Origin: a virus
Taxonomy: Duplodnaviria > Caudoviricetes
Virus record (IMG/VR): IMGVR_UViG_3300020151_001495
Coordinates: 32,001 to 96,000 of that record
DNA: 64,000 bases
Reading direction: 5' to 3' (one strand)
Shown here: in pieces, positions 17,870 through 27,904 of the stretch
Numbering within the stretch: the stretch's first letter is position 1
How the letters are laid out: each line of letters begins with the position of its first letter
Translations under genes and position numbers: made by a program
Notes under the pieces: model-generated
What the model was told of the DNA's origin: nothing
The model's database searches: none
Seen by the model: the letters and a program-made list of their open reading frames with translations, nothing else

Positions 17870-18874
17870 ACATCTGTATCAAAAAGCTACGCTCCTCCAA
17901 CTGATACTAATGGGAATATTTTCCAACAGCAAGGATTGTATTGGCCAGATAATATTACAACGTATGATATATTAAAAATTGAAATTGTAGATTTTACTCC
18001 AATAGCAGAAGCTGGATTAGGAGGTATTGCAGTAGATGCAGGTAGTACAGCAAGTCCAGGAACTTCTACTCAATATAAAGGAAGTTTGAGTAATGTTCAA
18101 TTATCATCAGTTGCAAGAACAAAAGCAAAAAAACCTCTTGCTACAGTACTGTTGCCAGTTCCAGATGCATTAAATTATACAGATAACATGCAATGGGATG
18201 AAGAATCCATAGGAGCAATCGGAAAAATACTTCCATCAATTGCAAAGGGATTTGTTGGATCAGACTCTGAACAAATGGGAGGAAATTTGACTAAATTGGC
18301 ACAGAATGGTTTGGCAGGAATGATATTATCAAATCTATCTAATCTGAATATTGGAATAAGTGGTGAAGGTCTTACTCAAGGTATTGCAGGAAAAGTATTA
18401 AATCCTTACAAAGAACAAATATTTAAGGGAGTTGGAATGAGAAACTTCAGCTTTAGCTGGAAGTTAGTGCCAAGAAATAAATCTGAGCAAAAGAGAATTG
18501 ATAATATTATTAAAGCATTAAGATTCCATGCACTTCCAAATTATAGTGGAGTATCTGCATTTGAAGGAGAAGAAGGAGGTGAGACTAGTTTCAATGAACT
18601 TAGTGACAGATGGTTGTCTGTTCCAAGAATATTCAATTTATCTTGGATGTATAATGAACAAAATAGTGAGATTAAAACTTTACCAAAAATTAAACCAGCG
18701 GTACTCACAAATATTGCTGTCAATTACACTCCAGATGGAGTTTGGGCAACTCACTACTCAAGTGATCTAGGACCATCTCCAGTAGCATACAATCTTCAAC
18801 TAGACTTCAAAGAAACAGAAATTATTACTGGATCAGAAGTAGTACCATTCGGAACAGGAGAGGGAGGATACTAA
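17867..18874 (+). CDS. gp48: Baseplate tail tube cap gp48
   Basis: LNPYKEQIFKGVGMRNFSFSWKLVPRN, VNYTPDG, LDFKETEIIT. Confidence 0.9.
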   Translation: MTSVSKSYAPPTDTNGNIFQQQGLYWPDNITTYDILKIEIVDFTPIAEAGLGGIAVDAGSTASPGTSTQYKGSLSNVQLSSVARTKAKKPLATVLLPVPDALNYTDNMQWDEESIGAIGKILPSIAKGFVGSDSEQMGGNLTKLAQNGLAGMILSNLSNLNIGISGEGLTQGIAGKVLNPYKEQIFKGVGMRNFSFSWKLVPRNKSEQKRIDNIIKALRFHALPNYSGVSAFEGEEGGETSFNELSDRWLSVPRIFNLSWMYNEQNSEIKTLPKIKPAVLTNIAVNYTPDGVWATHYSSDLGPSPVAYNLQLDFKETEIITGSEVVPFGTGEGGY

Positions 18875-18875
18875 G

Positions 18876-19544
18876 ATGTTTTTTAATTCTCAGCCTAATG
18901 TATATTATCCTCAATCTTCTGGGGGAGCAAAGTTATCCAAGAACTTATTTCGTAGAGTAAGATTTAGAGATAACTTAAATTCATTGTATATTAATTCCAC
19001 CAAGTATACAATTCAAGAAGGAGAAACTCCAGAAATCATCTCATATAATAAGTATCAATCTACAGAGTGGTATTGGACTATTCTACTTTTAAATAATATT
19101 ATCGATTTGAATAATGATTGGCCTGTAGATTCAGAAGAACTTGATAACTCTATAAATCAAAAATATGAAGATAATCAATTCAAAGTTCGTCACTGGGAAA
19201 CGTATCAGATAAAGAATTCAGCAGGAACTATTGTATTGCCTGGAGGAATTATAGTAGAACTATCTGCAGATACTACAGCTCAAAACTCTCCAACATACTA
19301 TCCAACATATTCATTTAAATATAATGATGCTGGAGTTACTAAAACTTTAACAGGTTCACAGGTATTGAAGCGAGTGACTCATAGAGACTACGAATACGAT
19401 AAGAACGAAAGCAAAAAAGAAATCTACCTGATTAAAAAACAATACCTAAGTAAAATGAAAATTGAAATTTCTAAATTATTTGCATACGATACAGAATATA
19501 ATATAGACGAACGAGGAGTCAGACTACCAGACATTAAGTATTAA
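18876..19544 (+). CDS. gp53: Baseplate wedge subunit gp53
   Basis: YTIQEGETPEIISY..Y....WYWTILLLNNIID...WP; YEYDKNESKKEI. Confidence 0.9.
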   Translation: MFFNSQPNVYYPQSSGGAKLSKNLFRRVRFRDNLNSLYINSTKYTIQEGETPEIISYNKYQSTEWYWTILLLNNIIDLNNDWPVDSEELDNSINQKYEDNQFKVRHWETYQIKNSAGTIVLPGGIIVELSADTTAQNSPTYYPTYSFKYNDAGVTKTLTGSQVLKRVTHRDYEYDKNESKKEIYLIKKQYLSKMKIEISKLFAYDTEYNIDERGVRLPDIKY

Positions 19545-19573
19545 AAAAGGGGGCATAAGCCCCCAATTTTTTT
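19543..19573. terminator. Bidirectional intrinsic terminator
   Basis: AAAAAA-GGGGGC-ATAA-GCCCCC-AATTTTTTT between converging gp53 and gp32. Confidence 0.85.
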
Positions 19574-19581
19574 AGTTAAAT

Positions 19582-20475
19582 TCAGTCTTCTTCTGCTAGA
19601 CGAGCGAAGTAACTTAGAGTATCATCTTCGTCATCATCAGATGAAGCCATGCGAGAAGAGATAGTTGGTCGAGTTACTTCTTCCTGAACAGTCTCTTCGT
19701 CTTCAAGAGTTTCAGTATCAACACGAGGCTTGGGTGCAGAACGAACATTTAGAACATTGTTCAACCGAGTCTCAAGTTCTTGATAACTCTTAAAGTTAGA
19801 TAGTGCAGTGAACTCATCTAGATTGTGAATCTTATTATAGATCTTTTCTAGTTGATCATCATCAAAGTCACCTAGAGTTCCAGAAGTAGAGAACTCAGAC
19901 TTATCGTAGTTCCAGTAACCTTCAACCTTACGAATCTTTAGCTTGAAGTCTGCTCCAGTCCAAAGATCAAATGGATTTACTGGAGTCTCGTCTGCAAATG
20001 CTGGTTGCATTGCTTCCATAATCTTGTCAAAGATTTTCTTACCGTACTTGTAGAGGAATACTTTACCTTCGTTTTCTGGATGTGCAGGATCTTTAACTAC
20101 ATAGATGTTGCTGTAATATGATAGCTTACGCTTTTGCTTACGAGCAGTTTCTTTATCTTTCTCATTACCACTATTCCATAGCTGACGATTCAGTTCACCA
20201 ACTGGATCTTTTTGATTGATAGTAGTAAGAGAGTTTTCGATATACCAACCACCAGGACCTTGGAATGCATGAGAATAAATCTTAGCCCAGGGAGTAGCAC
20301 TTTCTCCAGCAGCAGGAAGAAAGCGAATAATAGCGTAACCATTTCCAGCCTTGTCTACTTCTGGCTTCCATAGCCTTTCGTCAGAACTAGATTCAGTACT
20401 GGATTGCTTTTCCATCTCCTGAGTTAGCTTCTCAAATACAGAAGATGAGTTACGCTTGAGTGTTGCAAATGACAT
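19582..20475 (-). CDS. gp32: Single-stranded DNA-binding protein gp32
   Basis: DERLWKP..DKAGNGYAIIRFLPA, WYIENSLTT, YWNYDKSEF, acidic tail. Confidence 0.97.
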   Translation of the reverse strand: MSFATLKRNSSSVFEKLTQEMEKQSSTESSSDERLWKPEVDKAGNGYAIIRFLPAAGESATPWAKIYSHAFQGPGGWYIENSLTTINQKDPVGELNRQLWNSGNEKDKETARKQKRKLSYYSNIYVVKDPAHPENEGKVFLYKYGKKIFDKIMEAMQPAFADETPVNPFDLWTGADFKLKIRKVEGYWNYDKSEFSTSGTLGDFDDDQLEKIYNKIHNLDEFTALSNFKSYQELETRLNNVLNVRSAPKPRVDTETLEDEETVQEEVTRPTISSRMASSDDDEDDTLSYFARLAEED

Positions 20476-20543
20476 TTAGATTCTCCGTATTAATTGGATT
20501 AGTTGGATTAGTTGGATTCAGCTTGTCCACCGAATACATGACT

Positions 20544-20572
20544 ATCATAGCAGGTTCAGGCTGGGTTGTCAA
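20544..20572 (-). promoter_or_regulatory. Early promoter of gene 32
   Basis: TTGACA-N17-TATGAT. Confidence 0.8.
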
Positions 20573-20891
20573 GCTTTTTCTTGGCCTCTGCAATTCCCTC
20601 TTTCATCTCTGAAAAGATTTGTGTCAGATCCATTCCTGGAGAAATTCCAAGAAAAATAGCAGACTGTTTTAACATTTCAGTAAATTCTTTGGCTTCTTTA
20701 TCTTCAGAATACTTAGCTCTAAAATAAAGAAACTCTTGTAATTCAACCAGCCGTTCAAGTTTGTTTAAACATTCTATTTTAGATTCAATTGTTCTGTCCA
20801 AAGAATTTTTCAATGCTTCACGTATGTCTTCATACAGAGACATCATTTCTACGAGTTCATCACGAATTATTTCTTGTTCAAAAAATTTCAT
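20556..20891 (-). CDS. Conserved cyanophage hypothetical protein (DUF1825-like)
   Basis: FFEQEIIRDEL..LVELQEFLYFRAKYSEDKEA; usual position between gp59 and gp32. Confidence 0.65.
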   Translation of the reverse strand: MKFFEQEIIRDELVEMMSLYEDIREALKNSLDRTIESKIECLNKLERLVELQEFLYFRAKYSEDKEAKEFTEMLKQSAIFLGISPGMDLTQIFSEMKEGIAEAKKKLDNPA

Positions 20892-21475
20892 AATTGAATT
20901 TGATCTAATAGAATATGTTTATATTTAGGTTTGTCTACAGAAATGAAAGGTTCGTATTTTACTACCTTTCGTTTTAGATCTGGCCAGATAACTGGCTCTG
21001 TAATAGTAGCATCAAAATCTTTGACATAGTTTAATAATACGTTTAGTATAACTAGTGTTTCTAGAGATATAGATTTTGATAGGTACTTTACAATGATGGG
21101 TGGATGGGTATGAGAGACTTTAAATATATCTTCAAAACAATTATCATTCAACAATACCAGAACATCACGTTTGAATGTATCTGGCATTAATTTAATTTTT
21201 TGTTTCCATCTAGGATATACTGTAGAATTTTCAATGCGAGATATATTTCCAATCCAGGTACTTTCATCGCCAACAAAATTAGCAATGAAATATTCAATGA
21301 GTTCTTCTCTAGAATATTTCATTGCTAATTTTTTAAAAAAGTATACATCTTTTCTTTTTTCAAAAGCTTTCATAGAAGCTTTTGTTTTTCCACAACATTT
21401 AAAATAATCAAATCTATCTGTAGTAAAATGTAATTTTATTGCAAGATATAATTTATATACTTCAAATGGATTCAT
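20888..21475 (-). CDS. gp59: Helicase loader gp59
   Basis: VYKLYLAIKLHFT...DYFK, FEKRKDVYFFKKL, ISLETLVIL. Confidence 0.88.
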   Translation of the reverse strand: MNPFEVYKLYLAIKLHFTTDRFDYFKCCGKTKASMKAFEKRKDVYFFKKLAMKYSREELIEYFIANFVGDESTWIGNISRIENSTVYPRWKQKIKLMPDTFKRDVLVLLNDNCFEDIFKVSHTHPPIIVKYLSKSISLETLVILNVLLNYVKDFDATITEPVIWPDLKRKVVKYEPFISVDKPKYKHILLDQIQL

Positions 21476-21756
21476 AGGGGCAATCTTGCTCTAGAAGATC
21501 TTTTCATAAAATTCATACGTTGAGCATCAAATTTCAGTTTTTCCTTAAGAGGTTTGGAAATAAGTTTAGATACATTTTCTAATTCAATATTATGTGATTC
21601 GCAATAAACAAGAATAGCTTCAATATAGTTGAGACCACCTTGATTAGAACGAACGATTTCTTCAACTTCCATAGAGAATTTTGTAGCAGTCATAAATTTG
21701 TCTTCAATAAATTGTTCAAAAGTTTCGCCATTTTTAGTGGATTTACGTTGTTCCAT
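21472..21756 (-). CDS. gp33: Late transcription coactivator gp33
   Basis: NYIEAILVYCE..IELENVSKLISKPLKEKLKFDA. Confidence 0.92.
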   Translation of the reverse strand: MEQRKSTKNGETFEQFIEDKFMTATKFSMEVEEIVRSNQGGLNYIEAILVYCESHNIELENVSKLISKPLKEKLKFDAQRMNFMKRSSRARLPL

Positions 21757-22427
21757 TAGAACTTAAGCATTTGGTTATTCCATTCTTTAATATAATCTAG
21801 AAGTACATTCATATAATGTTTGATATCGTATTCCTGAAAGACTTGAATTTCTCCATCCTCACATGCAATTAGAGTTACGAGTTTCTTTACTTTAACCCCA
21901 GTACGTTCATAATACATCATTGCATATGCACATTCCTGAGCTATGTAATTGTCAATCCATTCTCTCTTCTTTGGTTCAGTAGATGTTTTGAAATCTATAA
22001 TTGCAAGCTCATTCTCGTATTCTGCAATGCAATCGACTCTTCCTGCAAGCTTTAATTTATCGCTATACAGCGCCCCCTCTAGAGTATGGATATTATTAAT
22101 TTTATCTAGAAAAGGTTTTATACATTTAAACATGTATAAAGGGAGTACTTTATCCTTGTACTTCTCTTCATTGAATATATTATTTAGGTAATCTTCATTC
22201 ATTAGATGAAAATTAGTTCCCCTAAGTGCAGCTCTGGAAGAAATACGATTAGCTTCTTTTTCTCCTACTCTTTTTCTCCATTCAAGAATAGACTTCTTTT
22301 TCATGGCTCCTATAACAGTAGTAACGGAGGGATATTTGTTACCTTCTGGAGTAACATACATCCTTCCGTTATTTGTGGTTATAGATTGTAGATCAATTAA
22401 AGGAGCATTATTTAAATGTACAAACAT
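21756..22427 (-). CDS. PD-(D/E)XK exonuclease
   Basis: YPSVTTV, RGTNFH, AGRVDCIAEY, IIDFKTS, AYAMM. Confidence 0.9.
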   Translation of the reverse strand: MFVHLNNAPLIDLQSITTNNGRMYVTPEGNKYPSVTTVIGAMKKKSILEWRKRVGEKEANRISSRAALRGTNFHLMNEDYLNNIFNEEKYKDKVLPLYMFKCIKPFLDKINNIHTLEGALYSDKLKLAGRVDCIAEYENELAIIDFKTSTEPKKREWIDNYIAQECAYAMMYYERTGVKVKKLVTLIACEDGEIQVFQEYDIKHYMNVLLDYIKEWNNQMLKF

Positions 22428-23182
22428 TACAATCCTAAATTCATTTTACTAATTAGATAACTCTTGATTAGTCCAGAACGAACGATATCTGGAATTCCAA
22501 ATTCTACCATAGAAAACTCTTCCATGGTCTGAAGAATACTCATAAAGTTAAGAATACCATTCCTTTCATTGGTCTTAACTAAGTCTGTCTGATTTACATC
22601 GCCGCAGAAAATAATTTTAGTATCTTGACCAACACGAGTGATGATAGAATCTAATTCATGGAAATTAAGATTCTGACTTTCATCCACAATAATGATACAA
22701 TTATCAAGTGTAGTTCCTCTAATAAAAGAAGTAGACCAAAAACTAATAGTTCCTTGATTTTTCAGATTGCCATATAGCATCTCAAAGGATGCTTCGTCTG
22801 GCATCTCAAACATATATTTTACCATATTCTTATATGGAATCTGGTAAAGACTTGATTTATCTTCATGATCACCAGGAAGAAAACCAATTTCTCTTGTAGA
22901 AACTAAAGAACGAACCATATAAACTTTGTCATATGGTGTCTTTTCATTGAGTACATCCTTTAGTGCAAGATACAAACTAATGAAAGTTTTTCCAGTTCCT
23001 GCAGCACCATAAAGAAATAGATTCTTATCATTCAAGTATTCTTCAAATACCTTTTCTTGAGCTGGAGTAAGAGCAGAGATATCTCTCATGTGCTCACTAT
23101 CAATTGGCTTTTTCCTTCTCATTTTTTTAGCTGGCATATCAGCGAAGGTTTGGTCATTTTTTCTTCTGCGTGAACTTGTCAT
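22427..23182 (-). CDS. phoH: PhoH family ATPase
   Basis: GAAGTGKT, EIGFLPG, FIRGTT, VDESQN, GDVNQTDL, DIVRSG. Confidence 0.97.
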   Translation of the reverse strand: MTSSRRRKNDQTFADMPAKKMRRKKPIDSEHMRDISALTPAQEKVFEEYLNDKNLFLYGAAGTGKTFISLYLALKDVLNEKTPYDKVYMVRSLVSTREIGFLPGDHEDKSSLYQIPYKNMVKYMFEMPDEASFEMLYGNLKNQGTISFWSTSFIRGTTLDNCIIIVDESQNLNFHELDSIITRVGQDTKIIFCGDVNQTDLVKTNERNGILNFMSILQTMEEFSMVEFGIPDIVRSGLIKSYLISKMNLGL

Positions 23183-23409
23183 ACGTCAATAGTCGAATGT
23201 GCATGGTTTGTTTTGATGCGACGAAGAACGTCTTTAAAGGTATCAGGAGCTTTGTTTTTTAACTCTCCAACTCCTCCCACTACGTTTATTCCCGTAGGAA
23301 CTTGCGTAAGGTGTGGATTTTCTGCCAGGTACGTTTCTCGTTCAGCCATGTACATCCATTTATCAAAATGTTCACCTGTGTTATTATCTCTAAATCTATA
23401 AGTTGGCAA
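23179..23409 (-). CDS. Conserved hypothetical protein (MPTY.F family)
   Basis: TTG start with GGAGG RBS; PTYRFRDNNTGE..FKDVLRRIK. Confidence 0.75.
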   Translation of the reverse strand: MPTYRFRDNNTGEHFDKWMYMAERETYLAENPHLTQVPTGINVVGGVGELKNKAPDTFKDVLRRIKTNHAHSTIDV

Positions 23410-23410
23410 G

Positions 23411-23956
23411 TTATACCTCCATTGTGTTAAACCATTCAGGAATTGTGGCGGGAGATTTCCATTTCGCAAAAGAAACTTTTTCTCCAATATAATAATTGCG
23501 ATAAGACTGAATTGTGTCAGTTTCCTTATATTTATCGGGCATTGCAGGTGGAGGATCCGACCAACCCAAATTAGGAAGATTAGTGGGAGGATACTTTAGA
23601 TATGCCTTCAAAGACTCAGTAGCATGAAACTTGCCATATCTCCTGGTGTACTCGATGCAACACTGCTCAAAGAGTTCGTAGAGCCACTTATAATGTGATC
23701 TAGAACTCCTAGCCCAGACAGCAGAAGGGTGGTTAATATGACAAGCTTTATAGAGATTTGATTCTCTTGGCTCATCAAGTTTGAATCGTTTGACTTTACG
23801 ATTCTTTTCAGTAAGTTCAACATAACCAATACCGTCAAGAACTCGATGAGCAGTTGATAGAAGTTGTGCATACTCAACAATCATTTTAACTACATGTTTG
23901 TCACAATGCTCTTGGGCACAAATTGTAGGATTGTAATCTAGATAAAAAATGTTCAT
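23411..23956 (-). CDS. Pyrimidine-dimer DNA glycosylase (DenV-like)
   Basis: MNIFYLD..CAQEHCDKHVVKMIVEYAQLLSTAH, HINHPSAVW, EYTRRYGKFH, YRNYY. Confidence 0.85.
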   Translation of the reverse strand: MNIFYLDYNPTICAQEHCDKHVVKMIVEYAQLLSTAHRVLDGIGYVELTEKNRKVKRFKLDEPRESNLYKACHINHPSAVWARSSRSHYKWLYELFEQCCIEYTRRYGKFHATESLKAYLKYPPTNLPNLGWSDPPPAMPDKYKETDTIQSYRNYYIGEKVSFAKWKSPATIPEWFNTMEV

Positions 23957-23974
23957 AATAAAGGGAGATTCACA

Positions 23975-24637
23975 TTACCATTCTAGTGCTTCTGCAACGT
24001 CAGGGAAGCAGGTTTTAAAGACATCTTTACATTCGTTTGCAATGTCCATATGTTCTTTCTGGGTTCCGTTTGAAGATCGTAGATTGATATAATGAATCCA
24101 TGACCTGGCTGAGCCCTTCATATAAATTCTTGTTGGTGTTGCTAAAGGAAGCACAAACCTTGCACATTCCTTTGCCACGCCCTTCTCAAGCAGACGGTTA
24201 TAAAGATTCTGACCTTGCTGGAAGTACTCAGAAATCTCACCCTGCAGTCCTAGTTTCACATACTCACCAAGATCATCAGTAGAGTTTTGACGATTTTTGG
24301 TATCTTGACGACGAAGATCTGGGACAGATGGCCTATCAGTAAGAAGTTTGGTATCTGCATACCGTTGTGAAAATTCTTGAAATGTAAATGAACGGTGACG
24401 AAGCACCTGGGCCGCTATACCTCTAGTGGTATTAATCTCTAGAGTCATATCAGCTTGTTCAAAGATGCTCCAGTGATTCTCTCGAATACAATAACGAAGA
24501 AGTCCTGCAGCAGTATCAAACTTTTCTTGGTTTGCTGGATTACTTACACGAGCAGTATAAGTAATCACTTCTTGGGCTGTCTTACCTTCTAGTTTACCAG
24601 CACCTTGACTTAACGAAATCAAAAAAACATTGCTCAT
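23975..24637 (-). CDS. thyX: FAD-dependent thymidylate synthase
   Basis: ARVSNP, HWSIFE, QVLRHRSFTFQEFSQRY, GVAKECARFVLP. Confidence 0.97.
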   Translation of the reverse strand: MSNVFLISLSQGAGKLEGKTAQEVITYTARVSNPANQEKFDTAAGLLRYCIRENHWSIFEQADMTLEINTTRGIAAQVLRHRSFTFQEFSQRYADTKLLTDRPSVPDLRRQDTKNRQNSTDDLGEYVKLGLQGEISEYFQQGQNLYNRLLEKGVAKECARFVLPLATPTRIYMKGSARSWIHYINLRSSNGTQKEHMDIANECKDVFKTCFPDVAEALEW

Positions 24638-24639
24638 AG

Positions 24640-24897
24640 TTACTTTTTCTTTTTGGGTTCCTTTGGTTCTATTCCCCATAGTTTGGGATTGACCTTGCCA
24701 TCGGTCCAGCGGATGTCTTTCAGACCTTCACGGTACTTGTCCCAGTACATGTCGAAGATCTGAGCCCGCTTGTTACATACTATTATATCATACTTGGTTT
24801 GGTTGTCAACCTCATAGGTGACGATATAAGAGTTTAGTGGTAACGTCTTATCCTTGGCTAAACTTTTATCGCAATCTAAGTGTACAATTTTACACAT
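24640..24897 (-). CDS. Conserved cyanophage hypothetical protein
   Basis: LPLNSY, IFDMYWD, GKVNPKLWG. Confidence 0.75.
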   Translation of the reverse strand: MCKIVHLDCDKSLAKDKTLPLNSYIVTYEVDNQTKYDIIVCNKRAQIFDMYWDKYREGLKDIRWTDGKVNPKLWGIEPKEPKKKK

Positions 24898-24898
24898 G

Positions 24899-25351
24899 TC
24901 ACGACCTATTCCCCCACTGGATTTCTGGGTATGCTTCTTCTATAGCATTCTTGGTGATCTTATATCTCTTGCCAAGTTTCTTGTCTTTGACCAGGCAAAG
25001 AACAGAAGCTTCATCCTTGTGTAAAGCTTCTAAAAGTTGAATGAACATTAGTTCTCGCTTTGAACTAGGAAGACCATCGTTTCCTCCTTGTACAAAGTTA
25101 TACAGAATACGATACTCATGTAGTAGTCTTGTATGTTCTGTATCAATCGGAACATCATTCGCTGTATATGGAACTTCTCCCACTGGGAGCATTGACTTAA
25201 TGCTTTCGTCAAAATTCCAGATTAAAAGTGATTGAAGTGCTGGGGTCTTGTACTTTTTTAGTAGTGCTACCTTTTCAGCTTTGGTTTTTGCATTTGATAT
25301 TTTTTGAAGAACTTCAGATAGCAGAAGTCTTTCTACAGGCAATTCAGACAT
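24899..25351 (-). CDS. Conserved T4-like hypothetical protein
   Basis: LIWNFD..LPVGEVPY, KRELMFIQLLEALH..EA..L..VKDKKL. Confidence 0.8.
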   Translation of the reverse strand: MSELPVERLLLSEVLQKISNAKTKAEKVALLKKYKTPALQSLLIWNFDESIKSMLPVGEVPYTANDVPIDTEHTRLLHEYRILYNFVQGGNDGLPSSKRELMFIQLLEALHKDEASVLCLVKDKKLGKRYKITKNAIEEAYPEIQWGNRS

Positions 25352-25353
25352 GG

Positions 25354-26232
25354 TTAAAATTCCTCCATTTCATTTAATAAAAATACTAGTTTATGATCAA
25401 TAAAATAGTTAATTGATACATGTGGTAACTTATTACTATTTAACTGTTCAAATTCTTCTATAATTTTAGATTCAATCTCTCCAGGTATCATACTAAAATC
25501 AATTAGTTTAAGATTTCTATGATAGTTAGAAAGTTGTTCTGTATTGCAATAACTTTCTGGTTCAGAATTTATCCATTTTTCAATATTCTTTTTACTGATT
25601 GGTTTCTGTCTTTTTCCAGTTACAAACGTATCAGATGCAGATAAAAAATTTGGAATTCCATCTGACCTATCACCTTTTATTACATGTTCTTTTATGTAAT
25701 TCTTTGCGTTTATTTCGGTGATGTACTTCTTTTGTACTGGATTATATTGAGAAGCACATGGATACTTCTTTAATTGAATAAAATCTTTATCACCAGAAAG
25801 TATTAAAACTTTTTCTTTTGGTAGATTTTGTTTTTCTCTTTTTATATTTTGTAGAGTGACATATTTTGTCATAGTGGCAATAATGTCATCAGCCTCTGCT
25901 CCATATACTTCTAATACAATATATGGAAAGTTGTCTCGAATCTCATCTCGAATTTTATTTAATATATCGAAAATTTGAGACCAATTATGGGTTGACTTCT
26001 CTCTATCTTTTTTTCTATTCTGTTTATAATATGGAAAAAATTCTTTTCTCCAATAGTGTTTACTATCGTAACAAAGAACTAGATCACCATATTCTGCATG
26101 GAACTTTTTTTTGTAGGATTTGATAGCAACCAAAACCATATGACGAACCATATTTTCATCTAGTTCATCAGCATTTTTTATTTGCATCATTAAATTACTA
26201 ATCATGCACTGATTCATATCGACAAGAATCAT
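25354..26232 (-). CDS. rnh: T4-type RNase H (5'-3' exonuclease)
   Basis: MILVDMNQ, YWRK..PYYKQNRK, EADDII, SGDKDFIQL, GDRSDGIPN. Confidence 0.95.
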   Translation of the reverse strand: MILVDMNQCMISNLMMQIKNADELDENMVRHMVLVAIKSYKKKFHAEYGDLVLCYDSKHYWRKEFFPYYKQNRKKDREKSTHNWSQIFDILNKIRDEIRDNFPYIVLEVYGAEADDIIATMTKYVTLQNIKREKQNLPKEKVLILSGDKDFIQLKKYPCASQYNPVQKKYITEINAKNYIKEHVIKGDRSDGIPNFLSASDTFVTGKRQKPISKKNIEKWINSEPESYCNTEQLSNYHRNLKLIDFSMIPGEIESKIIEEFEQLNSNKLPHVSINYFIDHKLVFLLNEMEEF

Positions 26233-26235
26233 AAG

Positions 26236-26469
26236 TTAATCCTCTTCTTCATCATCCTCTTCTTCTTCGAAACGAACTGCAATTAATTCTTCTGTTATAT
26301 AGTTACCATTTTCATCATACATTTCTGGATGGGAATTTGGTGATGCAGAAGAAATAGGATTGAAGTATTCATTAGCAAACCATCCGAATACCATTCCTAT
26401 CATAAAACTCAATACAATTAAAACTAATCCAATAGTCAAAACAGATACTAGAACTAGTAAACTTGACAT
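26236..26469 (-). CDS. Membrane-anchored hypothetical protein
   Basis: Hydrophobic N-terminus, HPEMYDENG motif, acidic tail. Confidence 0.75.
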   Translation of the reverse strand: MSSLLVLVSVLTIGLVLIVLSFMIGMVFGWFANEYFNPISSASPNSHPEMYDENGNYITEELIAVRFEEEEDDEEED

Positions 26470-26491
26470 GGCTCTACTCCTTTATCTACTG

Positions 26492-26623
26492 TTAAGTATT
26501 AACGTCGTTGATGAAGATTTTAACCTCAACTCGGTAGATTTTTCGGAGAAATGAAACTACCCTGAGAAAGTGAAAGTTAGGCTTTTCTTGAAAAGTCTGT
26601 TTCCTCCCACTTAGCATTGCCAT
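26492..26623 (-). CDS. Small hypothetical protein (43 aa)
   Basis: MAMLSGRKQTFQEKPNFHFLRVVSFLRKIYRVEVKIF; fills the gap after a CTAAATA late-like promoter. Confidence 0.5.
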   Translation of the reverse strand: MAMLSGRKQTFQEKPNFHFLRVVSFLRKIYRVEVKIFINDVNT

Positions 26624-26658
26624 TACATTTTTATTTAGGTACTTTTCTGGAATTGAAT

Positions 26659-27369
26659 TCATTTAATTGTTTTCATAAAAATTTGTTTTATATTAGTTCT
26701 TCCAGTAGGAACCTTTGGTTTTGTAGTTAGATGAGATACAATATTTTCAATATTGTATTTTGAGCAAGAACTAATCTCAGGAAGAAACTCTTCAGGATTT
26801 CTAATCTTTCGAACCCAAGACTTGTCAGGATCAAATCCAGTGATTAAAGTTCTTCGAACACCAAGAGATCTACCAGTATAATAAGTAAGCTCCCTAGTTT
26901 CTACATTGTATAGAAAAATATGCTTTGAATTTAAAAGCTCAGTTGTAGGTAGTGACTTGTATGTAGTTGAACCAAGAGTAAGATCATCAGAATAAAAACT
27001 AATGTACTTAAGTAGTTTATCTGGTGAAGTACTTTTCCGTTTACGAATAATCTTTTTATTATCTTTGTACTTATAAAGATCATCAACAATTTGTTCTAAA
27101 AATTCTTTAAAATCTCTGAGTTCAGATTTTCTAAAATTTCCATAACCTTCTTTTACTTGAGGGTCTTCACCACTCATTGCAATCTCAAGTTCTTTAATTT
27201 GATATTCAATTCCATTAGCTTTAGTATCAACAAAATTATTGATAGTTCGTCTATCAATATTTTCAGATTGTAGGAATTTAATAAAATTAGCTTTTGGCTT
27301 CTTTCGTTGAATTACAAAATCATCGATAAGAATATCAATGAATGAAGAAATCTCACAAACTTTGTTCAT
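26659..27369 (-). CDS. Conserved T4-like hypothetical protein
   Basis: KEGYGNF, FLYNVETRELTYY, KIRNPEEFL, PTGRTN. Confidence 0.75.
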   Translation of the reverse strand: MNKVCEISSFIDILIDDFVIQRKKPKANFIKFLQSENIDRRTINNFVDTKANGIEYQIKELEIAMSGEDPQVKEGYGNFRKSELRDFKEFLEQIVDDLYKYKDNKKIIRKRKSTSPDKLLKYISFYSDDLTLGSTTYKSLPTTELLNSKHIFLYNVETRELTYYTGRSLGVRRTLITGFDPDKSWVRKIRNPEEFLPEISSCSKYNIENIVSHLTTKPKVPTGRTNIKQIFMKTIK

Positions 27370-27602
27370 ACAATACCATTCTCCATAAGATACTTTACAG
27401 TTTCAGATGCACCACCAATTAGGTTTCCATCAATCAATACTCGGGGAAAAGTAGAACCTTCTCCAAATTCCGAAATAAAATTATCTCGATCAAAATGATC
27501 TCCTAGTTTATACTCTACATAGGCAACATTTTGAATATTAAAAACAGTTTTAATTTTTTCGCAATAAGGACAGTCATCCTTAGTGTACAGTACTACATCC
27601 AT
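27366..27602 (-). CDS. nrdC: Glutaredoxin
   Basis: CPYC active site, STFPRV, IGG. Confidence 0.93.
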   Translation of the reverse strand: MDVVLYTKDDCPYCEKIKTVFNIQNVAYVEYKLGDHFDRDNFISEFGEGSTFPRVLIDGNLIGGASETVKYLMENGIV

Positions 27603-27661
27603 AGGTCGCTGGAATTCTATTCCTATGTATTATAGCACACTGGCTGGGAAAAATCAAGGGA

Positions 27662-27743
27662 TGGGCAGGGAGGGATTTGAACCCCCGTAGGCAGAGCCAG
27701 CGGATTTACAGTCCGCCTCCATTAACCACTCGGACACCTACCC
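27662..27743 (-). tRNA. tRNA-Tyr(GTA)
   Basis: GCGGA-CT-GTA-AA-TCCGC anticodon arm, long variable arm. Confidence 0.95.
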
Positions 27744-27904
27744 TAGAAACGTTTAAACTTCCACTTTAATTTTATATATTGAAGTTGAAGATAAACAAAA
27801 AAGTGATTTACTTTAATAGCAATCCAGTCTAATACGTTTGAATCTGTTATACAAACGTATGAAAATACGGAAAGTAGTAAAATAAAATAAAAGTAATAAT
27901 CCAT
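27743..27904 (-). CDS. Small membrane protein (53 aa)
   Basis: MDYYFYFILLLSVFSYVCITDSNV...; tightly packed ORF. Confidence 0.55.
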   Translation of the reverse strand: MDYYFYFILLLSVFSYVCITDSNVLDWIAIKVNHFFVYLQLQYIKLKWKFKRF

